DNA from: Longimicrobiales bacterium
GTDB taxonomy: Bacteria > Gemmatimonadota > Gemmatimonadetes > Longimicrobiales > Gaopeijiaceae
Direction of reading: 5' to 3'
Assembly: GCA_965226375.1 (NCBI GenBank)
Contig: CBDDCX010000008.1
Location: 2,144,001 to 2,208,000 of the forward strand
DNA length: 64,000 bases
Part shown: piece after piece, positions 52,050 through 62,454 of the stretch
How positions within the stretch are numbered: the stretch's first letter is position 1
Layout: every line of letters begins with the position of its first letter
Program-made: the position numbers and the translations under genes
The notes under the pieces: model-generated
What the model was told of the DNA's origin: nothing
Database searches by the model: none
The model's input: the letters and a program-made list of their open reading frames with translations, nothing else

Positions 52050-53231
52050 TATGCTTGAGGTACGACAGGTCTTGCTCCTAGCGGCACTCACCCTCCTCGT
52101 TCCGGCTTCCCCAGCATCCTCGCAGGATATCGCGCCCCACCCGGAGTCACCCGCGGATGCGTTCAAGGATATGCGGTCCTACTCCCCGTACGCCGGTCGC
52201 AACTTTCCGACCCGTGTATTTTGGGGCGAGACCCACCTTCACACCGGCATGTCGATGGACGCGGGCGCATTCGGGGCGACGCTGAAGCCGATGGACGCCT
52301 ATAGGTTCGCGACGGGCGAAGAAGTGACCTCGTCGACCGGGCAGCAGGTCAAGCTCAGTCGACCTCTAGACTTCCTAGTCGTCGCCGACCACTCGGACAA
52401 CATGGGATTCTTCCCTCGGCTCGCGGGCGGCGAACCGGCCATGTTGGCGGACCCGACCGGTCGGCGCTGGTACGACATGGTCCAAGAGGGCGGGCAGAGC
52501 GGCATGGCGGCGGCGGTCGAAATTATTCAGTCGATCACCTCGGGCACTTTCCCCGAGGCGCTCGCGGCGCTGCCCGGCACCCCAGCGTATCGGGCGGCCT
52601 GGGACCTGACGATCGAAGCAGCCGAAGCGTACAACGACCCGGGACGATTCACCGCTTTCATCGGCTACGAGTGGACGTCCACCGACGCCGGGGACACCCT
52701 GCACCGGAATATCATCTACCGTGATGGCGCGGCCCGGGCCAGTGTGATGGAACCGTATACGACCCTCCGGCCACTGGGCTCTCCAGACCCTGTAGATCTG
52801 TGGAATTGGATGCAGACCTACGAGGACAAAACGGGCGGGCGGATGCTCGCAATCGCGCACAACGGCAACCTGAGCAACGGGACCATGTTCCCGATGATCG
52901 AGACGAAGTTCGGTCGGCCGGTCGACGGAACGTACGCCGAGCAGCGGATCAAGTGGGAGCCACTCTATGAGATGACCCAGATCAAGGGTGACGGGGACAC
53001 CCATCCGTTCCTGTCGCCAACCGACGAATTCGCCGACTACGAGACCTGGGACCAGGGCAACCTCGATCTCAGTACGCTCAAGACGGACGAGATGCTTGAG
53101 CGGGAATACGCACGCAGCGCGCTGCAGTTGGGGATTCAGCTCGAACAGACTATCGGCGTGAACCCCTACAAATTCGGTATGATCGCTGCCACCGACGCTC
53201 ACACGGGGCTGGCGACCGCGGAGGAAGAGAA
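52050..53231 (+). pseudogene. Second DUF3604 paralogue, truncated at a junction
   Basis: Colinear with the 49773-51710 protein up to ATAEEE, then similarity stops. Confidence 0.85.
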
Positions 53232-53499
53232 GCGTGGAGAACTTCGACGACAGGCCGATCGTCGTGAAGAACGTTATCAGCAGGGTGTCGCGCAGCTCGA
53301 GCGCGAAGCCGCACTCGAGTCCGAACACGGCGAATAGGCTAGCGAACACGAGCGAGGCGATGAGCCCACCCGACACCGGCTCGGGAATGTTGTACTCCCG
53401 AAGGAATCGAACCCTTCGCGTCAGAGCCTTGCCCAGGAAGAGGACCAGGATCGCGACGATGACGGTCTGGCGGGCGTCGAGCTCCATGACGGTCGTCAA
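53229..53499 (-). pseudogene. gltS: N-terminal fragment of sodium/glutamate symporter
   Basis: LREYNIPEPVSGGL and FFTTIGL motifs; breaks at the same junction. Confidence 0.8.
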
Positions 53500-53844
53500 C
53501 TCGTCACCAGGTCGGGAGACCCTGCCAGGATGAAGTACCTCCTCGCACGGCGATCGTCGCCCGTGTGACTGGGATGTCCTGGGCCTGCGCGGCGGATGCG
53601 GCCGAGAGAATCAACACGCCGCCGGAAGGATTCTGATGACTCTCATGTCGGGACTGACCTCGAAGAGACGACGGAGTCTGAAGCGAAATCATACCGAAGC
53701 ATCTGGGGCATCGGGTATTGGACCTTAGTCCTATTCGCGATGCCGCTCCGAGACGGCATCTCAAAAGACAGGGGGAGAGGCCGAGACCCCTCCCTCATCG
53801 AAGGAGTGTGCACGTTCATGTACACGTTAGCGCCGTTTTGGCAA

Positions 53845-54061
53845 CCAGTGCCTTCCTGTATCTGAGCACCACGTCAGCGAAAGACAGGATCGGTTCCTTG
53901 GGGCTGTACGCCTTGGTGGGTTTCTGTACGCTCATTTGGGTGACCCAACCGTGGGCTCCCGTTCCACCCACAGTGCGAGTGCCGTAGCATGGGGAGCGTT
54001 GATGCTCTGGCTATTGCCACCCTGGAGTCATTGGGTCGAGAAGCATCGAGCCCCCGGGTGA
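53845..54061 (+). pseudogene. C-terminal fragment of a membrane protein (metal-dependent hydrolase-like), frameshift near 53970
   Basis: LYLSTT.AKDRIG...PP...WL..W..WVEKHR; stop TGA lies in the IS end. Confidence 0.45.
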
Positions 54062-55368
54062 ACAGCGCACCTGATGGTTAACACAAGTGTGCCAGCTGAT
54101 GGTTAACAGATTGGGTTACGTCCTGTGTTACCGTGGGTGTCGAAAATGACGAAGAGTTCTTCGTCAAACCACCCGAGGGTAGTGGGACCGAAGTAGACCT
54201 GCCACAGAGCGGGGCCGATGGGTTCGAGCCCGATGAACTCGTTGCCCAGAGCCGAACTGATGTTGATCCAACGCGAGTGCCAGCGGATGGCTCCGTTTGT
54301 AGAGACCTTACGGACCTCGAAGTGCTCAGGGTACTCGATGGGCGGAAGGACGTCGGGGTAGGCTCTAAGAGCCGATCGGTAGACGGAATGGGGAGTAGCG
54401 TCGTCGAGCGCCTCGTGGGGGCGGATGTGATTGAATGTGTGGCGGAAGTCGTTGAAGTGGCGCTGCTGGGCACTGAGGTTGGCCTTGGGCGGGCGAGTGG
54501 CTTCACGCTTGAGGGTCCTGTGCATGCGTTCGTGTCGGCCGTTCTGCTGCGGCTTACCCGGCTCGATGGTCTCAGGACGGATACCGAGGCGGATCCACCA
54601 GGCACTCAGGCGTGTGAGGCGAGCGAGGCCGATGGAAGCGAAGGGCGTACCATTGTCGGAGCGGATGACGGCGGGCAGACCGAACTCGCGGAAAGTCCTG
54701 ATGAACACAGGCTTGGCGAGCTCGATCGACGTGGAATACAGCCCTGTGCACTCGAGCAGGAACCGGCTGAAGCCGTCCTGGATCGTGAGGGGGTAGCAGT
54801 AGCGACCGTTGCGCATCTTGAACTGCCCTTTGAAGTCGACGGTCCAGACCGCATTGGGCTCATCCATCGCAGTGAGCGGCTTGCCGGGGTGGCCCGGTTT
54901 GCCGGAGCGTCTGCGCTTCTTCGTGATCAGGTCGTGACGCTCGAAGATGCGATCGATCGTCCTGCGAACTGGGGCCGAGCCAAACTTCTCAGCTGTGAGT
55001 TTACGGATCTTGCGTGATCCCCATCCGTAGCGCTGACGCAGGTCGACGACGTGTTCGACGATCGGCTCCTCCACGGCGTGCGGGCAGTGATGGGGTCGGC
55101 GCGATCGCTCTTGCAGTCCCTCGAATCCCTCTGCGCGGAAGCGATTCCACCAGGTGTATCCCGCGGTCCTGCTGATACCGTAGCGCCTACAGGACTCGGC
55201 GAAACTGAACGTCCGTTGTTGCACTTCGAGGATGAAGCGTACTCTTTGCTCGTACATGGTCGACCGGTTCCAGTCCATCGGGCTCTCCTTGTTGCAGAAC
55301 CCTGGTTGATAGGAACCTGTCAACCATCAGTGTAGGCCATTGTGTAAAGGATCAGGGTAGGCTGTACC
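54059..55368 (-). mobile_element. IS481-family insertion sequence
   Basis: Ends TGAACAGC/GCTGTACC; two CTGATGGTTAACA-like repeats at each end; CCCGGG on both flanks. Confidence 0.85.
54103..55278 (-). CDS. IS481-family transposase
   Basis: HTH CRRYGISR..GY.W; WTVDFKG, SDNGTPF and QQNGRHERMHRTLK DDE motifs. Confidence 0.92.
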   Translation of the reverse strand: MDWNRSTMYEQRVRFILEVQQRTFSFAESCRRYGISRTAGYTWWNRFRAEGFEGLQERSRRPHHCPHAVEEPIVEHVVDLRQRYGWGSRKIRKLTAEKFGSAPVRRTIDRIFERHDLITKKRRRSGKPGHPGKPLTAMDEPNAVWTVDFKGQFKMRNGRYCYPLTIQDGFSRFLLECTGLYSTSIELAKPVFIRTFREFGLPAVIRSDNGTPFASIGLARLTRLSAWWIRLGIRPETIEPGKPQQNGRHERMHRTLKREATRPPKANLSAQQRHFNDFRHTFNHIRPHEALDDATPHSVYRSALRAYPDVLPPIEYPEHFEVRKVSTNGAIRWHSRWINISSALGNEFIGLEPIGPALWQVYFGPTTLGWFDEELFVIFDTHGNTGRNPIC

Positions 55369-55488
55369 CGGGGTGCGACCTAACGAGCGATTGCTGCGGT
55401 CGCCGTAGGCATCTAGCTCGCGCGCTTCACTTGCGGTCGGCATCTTGGTCGCACAGCAGAATTGATAGCACCATTTCGAGGAGAGTGA

Positions 55489-56000
55489 GTGCACCCTGGC
55501 GCCAAGCTCCATGACCTACTCCGCCCCGGGCTCGATCTATCTGCGGAACCGCCGCGAGTTCAGTGTCCGCCGAAAGGGGTCAGTACTACGCCGGTCCTGG
55601 GAACCGATTCTGGTCGGTCCTAGAAGAGACGGGCCTTACGCCCTGTCTTCTCCACCCATCCGAGTACCGGAGCTTATTGGAACACGGCATCGGACTCACC
55701 GACGTCGTGAAGGACCAGGCTGGGATGGATATCGAAATAGACTTTCCGGAGCCCGGCGTCAGAGTTGAACATCGACTGAGGCCCCATTCGCCACGTTTTC
55801 TGTGCTTCAACGGGAAGAGGGCCACTTCCGAGGCCCTAGGTCGGCAACGGGTCTCTTACGGAATCCAGTCCAACGTGTTCGGGTCAACTCGCTTGTTCGT
55901 CGCTCCGTCGACCAGCGCAGCCGCCCGGCGATGGTGGGATATTGGATTCTGGCAGCAACTGGCTGACCTCGTTCGGAGCCCAGACCAATCCGGTTGGTAA
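55489..56000 (+). CDS. mug: Mismatch-specific uracil DNA glycosylase, frameshift near 55538
   Basis: LHDLLRPGLD / ICGTAA...YYAGPGNRFW, GLTDVVK, FNGK and PSTS motifs. Confidence 0.82.
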
Positions 56001-56158
56001 GTGTTTGTCCAGCAGGTACGGTGGAGGCCCCAAATCAACCGGCTGGCCCCGGAAGCAGTCGTGTGAGGTCACCCGAGTCCCCTCCCCTACCGCCCAGTTC
56101 GTGCCAGGTAACCGGAGTTCTTGGGCTCCACGTGGGGTCTCGAACACGGCTGACGCGG

Positions 56159-56671
56159 CTACATCGTGCAAACCATCTGACCCGGCACCTGGGATCGCAC
56201 CTCGGCCAGGGGTAGGGCCGGCGCATCACCGTAAGACAACACGCAGCCCTGGGACGGCTCGAGAGCGACGTGAGTGGCCCAAGCCATCCATCCGGTCGGA
56301 GAGGCATACAGGACGATCGAAACGCCGTCGGAGTGGACGAACTCGAGATCCGGGAAGGAGGAGGTGTAAGCGTGATGCTCTGCGTAGTAGATCTCCTCCT
56401 GCGAGGCCAAGTTCTTCAGGTCCGACTTGATGGCCGCAGCGTAGGCGTGCTCTCTGCCACCGGAACAGATGGGCGGCGTCATCACCACAGCGAGAACCAA
56501 CAGGCCAACCGCGCAAAGCGCGGAACGGCGGAGGCTCATTCGCCGGGTGACGTACAGGGCCACGAAGATGAGATCGAAGACGGGAAGCCCGATGGAGTAC
56601 AACGAAACCAACAGAATCGCAGTCACGCATCCGATCGTCAGATCGACCATTTCGCGAAGGAAGTCGCCCAT
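56159..56671 (-). CDS. Membrane-anchored type IV pilin-like protein (start uncertain)
   Basis: AYAAAIKSDLKNLASQEEIYY..Y pilin alpha-helix; C-terminal Cys pair; N-terminal TM segments. Confidence 0.6.
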   Translation of the reverse strand: MGDFLREMVDLTIGCVTAILLVSLYSIGLPVFDLIFVALYVTRRMSLRRSALCAVGLLVLAVVMTPPICSGGREHAYAAAIKSDLKNLASQEEIYYAEHHAYTSSFPDLEFVHSDGVSIVLYASPTGWMAWATHVALEPSQGCVLSYGDAPALPLAEVRSQVPGQMVCTM

Positions 56672-56865
56672 CAAGCGGTGTGCGTCGGATTGGTGGTCGC
56701 CTCTCATCCCTACTCTCCGTTGTGAAGCCAGCGTGTTGCCGTCGTTACTCAAGAACAGGAAAGGAGCCTTGAAGTGCTCATCCTGATCGACAGTCACTTT
56801 CCTTGCGCGGTGTAGAAGCCTGCAGAACCTTCTAGCCAGACCACCGACTCCTCTCGGGAGGCACC

Positions 56866-57453
56866 GTGCGAGAAGGCGAAGCACCGGACCTGACTCATCA
56901 CCTCTCCAAGGCGAGGGCAGGCGATTCCGAGTCGGCCGCCCTCGTGGGTGATGCGGTCTCCGCCGAATTCCAGCGTCTGGCTCACTCGCATAGGATCCGG
57001 TGGGGCGGAGACTATACGCTCGATACGTCTGCGATCGTCGGAGAGGCGTGGATGAAACTCTTCCCGGGCTCCCCGGGCGGTTGGAACGATCGGGCCCACT
57101 TCTACCGGGTGGCGGCCCGCGCCATGCGCCAGGTTCTCGTCAACTACTCGGAGATGCGAAAAGCCGAGCGCCGTCGCGCCCCGGGCGGCGAACAGGAACT
57201 GGACGAGAACGTGGCGCTCGTCGAGCAAGACGCGTTGGTGCTGGAGCTGCATGAACAGCTCGAGCGATTGGCCCAGGAGCACCCGCGCCATTCTCAGGTT
57301 GCGGAGCTCCGCTACTTCGTCGGCCTCACGATCGAAGAGACCGCTGAGGTCTTGGGCGTATCCCCCATCACCGTGCGGAGGGACTGGAGCTTCACAAAGG
57401 CCTGGCTCAAGGCGAAGCTCGCAGAGACGGAGTCTCATGACGGAGAGGACTGA
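56866..57453 (+). CDS. ECF-type sigma factor (kinase-associated type)
   Basis: TLDTSAIVGEAWMKL, DRAHFY..AARAMRQVLV and ELRYF.GLT.EE...VRRDW motifs. Confidence 0.88.
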   Translation: MREGEAPDLTHHLSKARAGDSESAALVGDAVSAEFQRLAHSHRIRWGGDYTLDTSAIVGEAWMKLFPGSPGGWNDRAHFYRVAARAMRQVLVNYSEMRKAERRRAPGGEQELDENVALVEQDALVLELHEQLERLAQEHPRHSQVAELRYFVGLTIEETAEVLGVSPITVRRDWSFTKAWLKAKLAETESHDGED

Positions 57454-57790
57454 GGATCCGGGGACGAAAGGCGACAGTCCTCTCACCCAGATTTTCCACG
57501 CAGCTCGGGACCTGCCCCCCGAGGAGCGAAGAGCGTACATCGAGCGCGCATGTGCGGAAGACGCTGAGCTTCTGAAGGAGCTCATTCCGCTCATCGAGGC
57601 GCTCGACACCGATGCCGGCCGACCCGACCTCGATACGGGGGCGGTACGCTCTGCCATCGAGGCCGCGACGGCCGAGAGTGGGGTGATCGGACGGCGGATT
57701 GACGACTTCGAGCTGACCCCTCTCTGCCAACGTACGTGAGACACGGAGCACGCAAAGAATTAGAGTAGGGCGAAGGCAGAGAAAACGAAC

Positions 57791-58240
57791 ATGTTGGGAC
57801 TGCGAGAGAGAATGGCAGAGAATGGTAGTGCCCCTGGAACCGGGGAGGCCAAGCGAAGCGCGGCAGCTCCTGCGGACCCGGAGGTAGTAGATAGGCCGCT
57901 ACGGCGGCGGTTCAGTCCGTCGTACAAGCTGCGGATCGTCGAAGAAGCGGACCGGTGCACCGAGCCCGGCGAGGTGGGTCAAGTCCTGCGGCGAGAGGGC
58001 CTGTACTCGTCGCACCTGACGACGTGGCGCAAGGCGGCGCATAGCGGGTCGCTGAAGGCCCTGTCGAAGAAACGCGGCCGCAAGCCGGAGCGAAATCCGC
58101 TGGATGAGAAGGTACGCAAGCTGGAGCGGCGAAACGCACGGCTCGGGAATGAGCTCAGGAAGGCACACCTGATCATCGACGTGCAGGGAAAAGTTGCGGG
58201 GCTGCTGGGGATAAGCCTCGACGACGGGACAAACTCTTGA
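57791..58240 (+). CDS. IS3 transposase OrfA
   Basis: RRRFSPSYKLRIV and LRREGLYSSHL..W motifs; slippery G-GGA-AAA at 58186-58192. Confidence 0.88.
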   Translation: MLGLRERMAENGSAPGTGEAKRSAAAPADPEVVDRPLRRRFSPSYKLRIVEEADRCTEPGEVGQVLRREGLYSSHLTTWRKAAHSGSLKALSKKRGRKPERNPLDEKVRKLERRNARLGNELRKAHLIIDVQGKVAGLLGISLDDGTNS

Positions 58241-59244
58241 AGGCGGCCGATGAGCTGGCTAAGCACGTCGGTGTAAAACCGGCGTGCGCGGCCCTCGAGG
58301 TCTCCCGATCGACGTTGTACCGTCGTCGAGGCCCATCAACCGGGCAACAGCAGCCCCGCCCGACGCCCGCCCGGGCATTGAGCGAGACGGAACGAGGCGA
58401 GGTCTTCGACACGCTGTGTTCGGAGCGGTTCGTGGACCGCTCACCCGCCGAGGTGGTGGCCACGCTGCTCGACGAAGAGGTCTACCTGTGCAGCGAACGC
58501 ACGATGTATCGTGTTCTGGCCTCCGAGGTGCCGGTTCAGGAACGCCGGGCGCAGCGCACCCATCCCGAGTACAAGAAGCCCGAGTTGATGGCCACGGCGC
58601 CGAACCAGGTGTGGTCCTGGGATATCACGCGGCTGCTCGGGCCGAAGAAGTGGAGCTATTACTACCTCTACGTCATCATGGACATCTACAGCCGCTACGT
58701 CGTGGGCTGGATGGTGGCGGACCGGGAGAACTCGGCCCTGGCCGGCCGGTTGATCCAGCAGAGCTGCCTGAAGCATGGCGTCCAGCCCCGGGTCCTGACC
58801 CTGCACTCGGATCGGGGAGCTCCAATGACGAGCCAATGCACCGCTCAACTTCTCGCTGACCTCGGCGTGACCCGCTCGTTGAGCCGGCCTCAGGTGTCGG
58901 ATGACAACCCGTTTTCCGAGGCTCAGTTCAAAACCTTGAAGTACCATCCCTCGTTTCCCGGACGGTTCGGGGATCAGGGCCAAGCCAAGACGTTCTGTCG
59001 ATCGTTCTTCCGCTGGTACAATGCCGAGCACCGCCATGGCGGCATCTCGATGCTAACCCCCGAGCAGGTCCACTTCGGGAACGCCGATCAGGTCATTGCC
59101 GGCAGGAAATCCGTGCTCCGCGAAGCATGGGCCGCTCATCCCGAACGCTTCGTCAGAGGTGTGCCGAATCCCAAACCGCTCCCGGAGGCCGTCTTCATCA
59201 ATCCTCCCATCCCTTCCCTCACCACACAGGACATTGCTCTCTAA
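58237..59244 (+). CDS. IS3 transposase OrfB (DDE)
   Basis: WSWDIT, HSDRG and DNPFSEAQFKTLK motifs; in -1 frame relative to orfA. Confidence 0.92.
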   Translation: MKAADELAKHVGVKPACAALEVSRSTLYRRRGPSTGQQQPRPTPARALSETERGEVFDTLCSERFVDRSPAEVVATLLDEEVYLCSERTMYRVLASEVPVQERRAQRTHPEYKKPELMATAPNQVWSWDITRLLGPKKWSYYYLYVIMDIYSRYVVGWMVADRENSALAGRLIQQSCLKHGVQPRVLTLHSDRGAPMTSQCTAQLLADLGVTRSLSRPQVSDDNPFSEAQFKTLKYHPSFPGRFGDQGQAKTFCRSFFRWYNAEHRHGGISMLTPEQVHFGNADQVIAGRKSVLREAWAAHPERFVRGVPNPKPLPEAVFINPPIPSLTTQDIAL

Positions 59245-60768
59245 TTAATCCCGTAGAGTGTCCCATTGTCGTTGACAGGTTCCGGACCGAGCTGCTCGGT
59301 GTGGGGGGCATGGGAGCCGTCTATCTCGGGGTCCGTGTGGATGGGGGCTTCGAACAACGCGCGGCTGTGAAGCTGCTCCCGATGGGAATGGACACTCCTG
59401 TCGCACGGTGGCGATTCGATGAAGAGCGCCGTCACCTCGCAGCGCTGGCTCATCCTTCCATCGCCCAGATTTACGGAGGGGGGGTCACTGACGACGGGAC
59501 GCCCTATCTGATCATGGAGTTCGTTGACGGCTGGCCCCTCGATCAGTTTTCCGACGACAACCGACTAACCGTCCGTCAGCGGCTCGAGTTGTTCCTGTCG
59601 GTCTGCGCTGCCGTCCAGCACGCCCATGAGCGCCTCGTGGTCCACCGCGATCTGAAGCCGTCAAACGTCTTCATCACGGGTGAGGGGGTACCGAAGCTTC
59701 TGGACTTCGGCATCGCTAGAGGGCTCGACGAGCACAAGCGTGCCCCTCCCGGCGAGGTGACTCGCCAGGGGCCCGCCTACACCAGGGCGTACTCCAGCCC
59801 AGAGCAGATCTTCGGCGAGGAGCTCACCACCGCCGCCGACGTGTTTTCGCTCGGTGTCGTTCTATATGAGCTCCTCGCGGGCGAGCGTCCGTTCGGGGCC
59901 GCGCTGGCACGGGACCATGAGGACGCCATGAGGAGGTTTACGCGGCGGCGCTCTAACGATCACGAGACTGCGGATCGACGCTCGGTATCGCCCAAGGATC
60001 TTCGCCGCACTCTCAAGAGAGACCTCTCCTGGATCGTGGGAAGGGCTATTCGCCACAACCCGGAAGAGAGATATCAGACCGTTGCGGCTCTGGCCCGGGA
60101 CATCCGGCAGTACTTGGAGAGTCGGCCCGTCGACGCCGCCCCACCGAGCTTGGCCTACCGACTCGAACGCCTCGTCGCTCGCAGGCCGACCGAGGTAGCT
60201 CTCGGCGTGCTGATCGTATTCTTCATCGGGTTCTCGCTCGCCCAGACCGTGCAGGCTCGACTCGAGCTGCAACGAGCTCGAGCGTTCAACCAGTTCATCA
60301 GCTCTGCTGTTCTCGGGCTCGGTCCGTCTCAGGATGCCTCGGCGACGACGACTCTCGGGGAGACAGTGGACTCCGCCCTGGCGACCCTCCGGCTGAATCC
60401 CCTGGGCTCGGAGGGGGCGCAGGCAGACGTGCTCGGAGCTTTGGGGGGCGCGTACCTGAGGCTCGGCCGTCCTTCGGATGCCCGGCCTCTACTTCAGGAA
60501 GCAACGGCCCTCCGTCGCAACAGAGCTCGCCCCGACTCGACCCTGGCAGAGCTTCATCGCTACCTGGGTCTCGCGCATCTGGCCCTCGCCTCGTCCGACT
60601 CCGCGGAACACTATCTTAGGAGCGCGCTCGAAGGTTACCCACGCGGGCCTGAGAGTGCGGATATTCGGGCGAACATCGCGACGCTGCTCGACAGTCTCGG
60701 CGCGAGGTCCACGACGCCTGACTAAGTTTTTAGGGCTCCAAACTAGGCGCCCAGTCGGAGTCTTGGAG

Positions 60769-61509
60769 TCAGTGGCTGAGAATCTTGCCGACGAACTCCT
60801 GGCACCGCCGCGTCTGAGGGCTGTCGAAGATCCGGTCTGCGGAGCCTTCCTCGATCACCTTGCCTCGATCCATCATGACGACCTTCGTGGAGATCTCACG
60901 GACCAACGCCATCTCGTGAGAGACGATCAGCATAGTCATCCCGTCAGCGGCCAAGATGCGGATCGCGTCGAGCACGTCACTGACCAACTCAGGGTCGAGC
61001 GCCGACGTCACTTCGTCCAGCAGCAGGATGTCCGGCTTGAGCGCCAGGGCCCGAGCGATCGCCACCCGTTGCTGTTGGCCGCCTGACAGCTCGTCAGGAT
61101 ACGCGTGCAGCTTGTCGCCGAGACCCACCTTCTGGAGAAGAGCGGTAGCTTCCTCCGTGACCTCGCGGGCGTTACGCTTGCGTATCTTGACCGGTGCGAC
61201 GGTCACATTGCGCAGCGCTGACATGTTCTGAAACAGGTTGTATTGCTGAAAGACGATGGCCAGCCGTTCCCGGAGCGCCTTCACGCTCTTCTTGTTCCCG
61301 TAATCGACCTTCTCCCCGTCCAGTATCACCTCGCCGGACTTCGGCACCAGGAGCCCCATGAGGCTCCTCAACAACGAGCTCTTGCCTGAGCCCGAGGGGC
61401 CGATCACGCTGACGATCTCTCCCTTCCCGACTTGAATGCTGACGTCGTCGAGGACCAGTTCCTTCCCGTCGTAGCTCGCGGTGAGGCCGTCGATTTCTAG
61501 GTGGTGCAT
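60769..61509 (-). CDS. Polar amino acid ABC transporter ATP-binding protein
   Basis: GPSGSGKS, LSGGQQQRV and DEVTSALDPE motifs. Confidence 0.93.
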   Translation of the reverse strand: MHHLEIDGLTASYDGKELVLDDVSIQVGKGEIVSVIGPSGSGKSSLLRSLMGLLVPKSGEVILDGEKVDYGNKKSVKALRERLAIVFQQYNLFQNMSALRNVTVAPVKIRKRNAREVTEEATALLQKVGLGDKLHAYPDELSGGQQQRVAIARALALKPDILLLDEVTSALDPELVSDVLDAIRILAADGMTMLIVSHEMALVREISTKVVMMDRGKVIEEGSADRIFDSPQTRRCQEFVGKILSH

Positions 61510-62423
61510 GGGTCGGAGATCCGGAACAGCTCTCCGGGATTAGTCGAGTTCATCGTGCGGATCTCCCCTTCACTGAAACCGGCGCTCTCCAAGAGCAACA
61601 TGTACTCCCGAAACGCCTCGACCGGCGGCGGCAGCAAGAAAATACCCGCGTCGCTCGAGACAATGGCCCCTGCGGGGGTCGCGGCCCGAATCCTCGGCGC
61701 CATTTCGTCGATGGTCAGGCCCTTTGCTCGGTGCTTTTCCTTGTCCACGTGGGTCAGACCCACCTGCGTCGCATGCGTCAGGATGAAGAACGAAAACTCG
61801 GCATACGCACCGGCGGCGACGATGGCCTTGATCTCATCTTCGGCGTAGCGTGCCGCATGGGTCCGCAGTCGCTTCAGTCCTCTCCGCTGCCCTTCCTCGA
61901 CCAACGCGACGGCTTCGTGCCCGGCAACATGACCGCAGTCGAAGACCGCATCGGCCTCGGCGACCAGATCCATGATCTCCAGCACCACCTCCGGCACCTT
62001 GCCCGACTTCGGCACCGAGAAGGTCGTCTCGAGAAACCCAGGACTTCGGCCCTCACGCTCGGCGACATGCCGCGTGTGATGGGTTGGCAGCGAGACAAAG
62101 CGAGCGCCCGTTCCTGGTCCGTACCCGTATGCCAGCGCCGTGCGTGCGGCCTCGACCGTGACCCCGCCAGCCATCGGCTGCATGATGATCCCCCCGAACA
62201 CCTCGACGCCCAAGGACCCGAGTTCGGCCTTGGCCAGGGCGGCAAAGCCTGAGCTGTTGCCGAAGTTGTCCATCAGGCCGATGGCACGGATGCCGGCGTC
62301 TGCCGCTTGTCGTGTCGCCTCGAACACGTTGATCGACCGGCCGTTGATGTGCGGGCAGACATGCGTATGGCAGTCGATCGCACCTCGCAGATACTGCATC
62401 CCGGGACTCGTCGATGTCGTCAT
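61497..62423 (-). CDS. Metal-dependent TIM-barrel protein (DUF6282-like)
   Basis: GAIDCHTH..P, GH, TH and SSD.G motifs. Confidence 0.72.
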   Translation of the reverse strand: MTTSTSPGMQYLRGAIDCHTHVCPHINGRSINVFEATRQAADAGIRAIGLMDNFGNSSGFAALAKAELGSLGVEVFGGIIMQPMAGGVTVEAARTALAYGYGPGTGARFVSLPTHHTRHVAEREGRSPGFLETTFSVPKSGKVPEVVLEIMDLVAEADAVFDCGHVAGHEAVALVEEGQRRGLKRLRTHAARYAEDEIKAIVAAGAYAEFSFFILTHATQVGLTHVDKEKHRAKGLTIDEMAPRIRAATPAGAIVSSDAGIFLLPPPVEAFREYMLLLESAGFSEGEIRTMNSTNPGELFRISDPCTT

Positions 62424-62454
62424 TTTTCGCGTCGATTGGAGTGGTTAGTTGCTG

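Larger units (their letters stand above)
57718..59284 (+). mobile_element. IS3-family insertion sequence
   Basis: Imperfect IRs CTG.CAACG....TG.GACAC; GAC(C) target duplication; orfA/orfB. Confidence 0.9.
57437..60725 (+). pseudogene. Ser/Thr kinase-TM-TPR interrupted by IS3 element
   Basis: N-part ends DFELT at 57717; resumes TELLGVGGMGAVY at 59286; HRDLKPSN, DFG and SPE motifs. Confidence 0.9.

Noticed and set aside
52021..53499. DUF3604 and GltS ORFs as full-length overlapping antisense genes
   Set aside because: Both lose family similarity at ~53230; the extensions are read-through across a junction.
55512..55514. In-frame TGA upstream of mug as a fourth Sec codon
   Set aside because: The conserved N-terminus lies in another frame; a frameshift explains it, and no Cys position or SECIS is evident.
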